From assembly GCA_963702095.1 (NCBI GenBank), contig OY969706.1, positions 704,001 through 768,000 on the forward strand: DNA of 64,000 nucleotides, given 5' to 3'. Shown here one piece after another: positions 63,890 through 64,000 of the stretch. The stretch comes from Candidatus Bathyarchaeota archaeon (GTDB lineage: Archaea > Thermoproteota > Bathyarchaeia > Bathyarchaeales > Bathycorpusculaceae). Every line of letters begins with the position of its first letter. Position 1 is the stretch's first letter. The notes under the pieces were generated by a model, which saw only the letters and a list, made by a program, of their open reading frames with translations, did no database searches and was not told where the DNA came from. The translations under genes and the position numbers were made by a program.

Positions 63890-64000
63890 TTACCTCCGAG
63901 CTTTAAGGGCGATCAGAATTGCTGCTGCCAATACAGCGGCAACCACTCCCACAGTTATAAGGGCAACTGAATGCTGTAGATAAAACGGCAACCCACTCTC
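63890..64000 (-). CDS. C-terminal membrane anchor of an upstream gene (runs off window)
   Basis: ESGLPFYLQHSVALITVGVVAAVLAAAILIALKARR*. Confidence 0.65.
   Translation of the reverse strand, partial: ESGLPFYLQHSVALITVGVVAAVLAAAILIALKARR

Noticed and set aside
1-64000. tRNA, rRNA, integrase or provirus
   Set aside because: No cloverleaf or T-loop signatures, rRNA motifs, recombinase or capsid genes recognised by eye

Overview
Archaeal genomic window. Bathyarchaeia is inferred from the expansion of small wHTH, AbrB and RHH regulators and from a PQQ-like beta-propeller surface protein. The 1-16 kb region is the tail of a cell-surface glycan locus: DegT aminotransferase, TRAM-less MiaB-like radical SAM enzyme, FkbM methyltransferase, two GT2 enzymes, a wecB remnant, three lectin/polysaccharide-lyase-like secreted proteins and a collagen-like protein. 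The 17-22 kb and 33-38 kb regions are gene-fragment-rich and carry small regulators. The 22-53 kb region holds a type IV pilus system: one assembly operon (major pilin, TadA/VirB11-like ATPase, two TadB/C-like membrane proteins, two minor pilins), a divergent KaiC-like gene, a HerA-like ATPase and five large modular pilin-adhesins. The adhesins share an N-terminal pilin module but carry different Ig/PKD/IPT stalks and lectin-like tips, and three of them share a palindromic promoter element. Several duplications are present, mostly inverted, and one shows a microhomology deletion and patchwork identity. About eight single-base frameshifts in otherwise intact genes may be assembly indel errors. 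No rRNA, tRNA, CRISPR array, integrase or transposase was recognised. All family calls come from motif recognition by eye, not from database searches.
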